From Betaproteobacteria bacterium (GTDB taxonomy: Bacteria; Pseudomonadota; Gammaproteobacteria; Burkholderiales; SG8-39), in contig VGIE01000001.1 in assembly GCA_016867955.1 (NCBI GenBank), positions 1-30,607 of the forward strand: a stretch of 30,607 bases of DNA, written 5' to 3'. A model generated the notes under the pieces. It saw only the letters and a program-made list of their open reading frames with translations, was not told where the DNA came from and did no database searches. Positions 28,538-30,607 of the stretch are shown in pieces. Made by a program: the position numbers and the translations under genes. Within the stretch, counting starts at the first letter, position 1. Every line of letters begins with the position of its first letter.

Positions 28538-29405
28538 CGAACAGCCAGACTGCCGCATCGCCGCCTCTGCCACTTTCGGCCTTCGGCACCAACCACTACT
28601 CGCAGTCCGGCGAGGATGGCGTCATTGCCAAGTTCTTCGAGATCATCGGGACGCGATCGAAGACCCGCATCGAGTTCGGGGCCTGGGACGGCTTCCACCT
28701 CTCCAACACGGCAAACCTCTGGACCAGCGGGTGGAAGGGGGTGCTGATCGAAGGGCATGCGAGGCGCTTCCAGGACCTGGAGCGCAATGTCAGGGACCAC
28801 GACTGCACTTGCATCAATGCCTACGTGAGCCGCGACGGAGAAAACCGGCTCGAAGCGCTGCTGGACAGGCATGGGGTTGGCCGGAACATCGACCTGCTCT
28901 CGATCGACATCGACGGCAACGACTATTACATCATCGAGAGCCTGGAGAAGCTGGGCCCGCGCGTCATCGTGTGCGAATACAAACCGACGATTCCGGCCGA
29001 GACCGACCTGCTGGCCGAGTACGGCAATTACTTCGGTGCATCGGTGGCCGCCCTGGAACGCGTCGCGCGCTCGAAGTCCTACCGGCTCGTCGCGCTCACC
29101 GAAACCAACTGCTTCTTCGTGCTGGACGAGGATTTCCCCCGTTTCGCCGGAAATGAACCCGCCTGGACAGGATCCGCATCGACACCCAACTCGTGCATGT
29201 CATCACGGCATACAACGGCGACTACGTGCTCTCGCGCACGCCGCCCTACGGCGTTAACTACCCCTACGGTGGAGACTTGGCCGGTCCCCACGTTCGAACC
29301 GCGTTCAAGCCGGGATTCTTGAAGCCCGTTGCAGGCCTGTGGCAGCAGTTGCGCAGGATCGCCAGGGACCTGCTGCGGCAGGGTGGCCGAGGCCGGAGCC
29401 CATGA
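28534..29405 (+). pseudogene. FkbM-like methyltransferase-fold protein with an apparent 1-nt deletion near 29155
   Basis: YSQSGEDGVI, EFGAWDG.HLSNT, DLLSIDIDGNDY. The downstream frame (RLDRIRIDTQLVHVITAYNGDY...) ends at TGA 29403-29405 in an ATGA overlap with the next gene, as expected for the true end. Confidence 0.6.
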
Positions 29406-30133
29406 GCACAGGACCCGCCGATTACCGCGATATCGCCTACAGCCGTTATGGCACGGATGTCAGGCCTGACTACGCGCGCTTTGCCGACGCCTACGCGCGG
29501 CGCCTGTCCGGCAAACTCACGCCGGAGGCGGACTGGCGCTGCCTCGATCTGGCCTGCGGCTATGGCAACTTCCTGGCCTATCTGCGCCACGTCGGAGTCC
29601 GCGACTACGTGGGCTTCGACGGCGCGGAGCCCGAGGTGCTCGCCGCCCGCCGCGAGTTCGGCGAAGCGCATGTCATGGCCGGGGACGTAGTTGCGTTCCT
29701 GCGCAACCGGCAGGGCACCTACCGCCTGCTGAGTGGCCTGGACTTCATCGAGCATCTCGACAAGCAGGAAGTTTTCCGATTCCTGGCGCTGGCGCGCGAC
29801 GCCCTGGAACCCGGCGGCTACCTGTTGCTGCGCACGCCCAATGCGGGCGCGCCCTTCGGCATGGCGGCACGCTACAACGACATCACGCAGGAAGTCTGCT
29901 TCACCACCAATGCCATCGTCGATACGCTGGCGCGGTCCGGCCTGGAATCTGCACACATCTGGGAGGACATCCCGAGGCCGCATACGCCCAGGCAGGCACT
30001 GCACTGGCTGAGCTGGCAGGTCGCGCGCTTCGCTCTGCGCCTGGCCAACGCGGCAGAAACGGGCAGCTGGGGCGATGGCATCCTGACGCGCAACATGTGG
30101 GTCCTGGCGCGCAAGCCGGGCGGCGGAGCGTGA
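29402..30133 (+). CDS. Class I SAM-dependent methyltransferase
   Basis: CLDLACGYG, GFDG, DFIEHL, LEPGGYLLLRTPN. ATGA overlap places the start at 29402. Confidence 0.85.
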   Translation: MSTGPADYRDIAYSRYGTDVRPDYARFADAYARRLSGKLTPEADWRCLDLACGYGNFLAYLRHVGVRDYVGFDGAEPEVLAARREFGEAHVMAGDVVAFLRNRQGTYRLLSGLDFIEHLDKQEVFRFLALARDALEPGGYLLLRTPNAGAPFGMAARYNDITQEVCFTTNAIVDTLARSGLESAHIWEDIPRPHTPRQALHWLSWQVARFALRLANAAETGSWGDGILTRNMWVLARKPGGGA

Positions 30134-30172
30134 GCCACTGCCCGGCGCCCAGCGCGAGGCGGGAGAAGGACC

Positions 30173-30607
30173 GTGACGGGCGTGCTTGAGCGACTCAAGT
30201 CGCCGCTGCGGCGCATGGACTGGGCGACCCGCATCAATGCCGCGCTGAAGGCCCGCGCAACCCGGCGCCTGTACGATCGTACCCTGACGCATTACCGCCG
30301 ATCGGGCATGCATCGTGAAGCTCCCGCCGTGCCGCGGCTACGACAGCAACGCGCGGACGCGCTACGCATATTCTTCCTGGGCACCGATGAACAACAGGAC
30401 AGCAGCGGAATGCTGCAGTCTCTGCAGAAGCTCGGCGATGCCCGGCATTTCACCCGCGCTGACGGCAGCTATGGGCAGAATGACCCCCGCCCCGAGGCCG
30501 TGCGCAGGCAGGCCAACGCGGACCGCCTGTGGGAACTGGTCTCGACGCAGGCCCACGCCGGACACGCGCCGGATATCCTCATCGGCCAGACTTGGGCAAC
30601 GCTGATC
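30173..30607 (+). CDS. Probable glycosyltransferase N-terminus (possibly CgeB-like), 3'-truncated; absent from the ORF track
   Basis: Frame is open from GTG 30173 (GGAG upstream) to the window end: MTGVLERLKSPLRRMDWATRINAALK...LRIFFLGTDEQQDSSG...PDILIGQTWATLI. The family call rests on context and weak resemblance. Confidence 0.45.
   Translation, partial: MTGVLERLKSPLRRMDWATRINAALKARATRRLYDRTLTHYRRSGMHREAPAVPRLRQQRADALRIFFLGTDEQQDSSGMLQSLQKLGDARHFTRADGSYGQNDPRPEAVRRQANADRLWELVSTQAHAGHAPDILIGQTWATLI

Overview
GC-rich, betaproteobacterial-looking core-chromosome window (taxonomy inferred from gene order and composition only). Left to right it holds: the 3' end of an enoyl-CoA hydratase gene; a translationally coupled epimerase / acyl-CoA ligase / SDR trio; a D-2-hydroxyacid dehydrogenase and thiC on the minus strand behind a clear TPP riboswitch and sigma70-type promoter; a tetR-DUF2214-MFP-RND efflux operon; pcm-rhodanese-tolC; waaC-waaA on the minus strand; then a surface-polysaccharide locus (GT2, rfbBACD, TviB/WbpO-like dehydrogenase, gmd, fcl, flippase, four tandem SAM-dependent methyltransferase-like genes, and a truncated probable glycosyltransferase). 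I see no tRNA, rRNA, CRISPR array, IS or phage gene, and I cannot establish a new system from sequence alone. The best leads are: (1) an abrupt ~80-bp AT-rich, frame-preserving patch inside the RND gene; (2) a readable P3/anti-SD switching mechanism for the TPP riboswitch built on three copies of CCUGUCG; (3) an unexplained foldable ~130-nt element upstream of the thiC promoter; (4) three frameshifts (one in a C7 run) plus apparent motif substitutions confined to the right-hand glycan genes, which could be phase variation, decay or sequencing error; (5) face-to-face promoters linking LPS-core and O-antigen genes. All protein family calls rest on motif recognition, not database searches.
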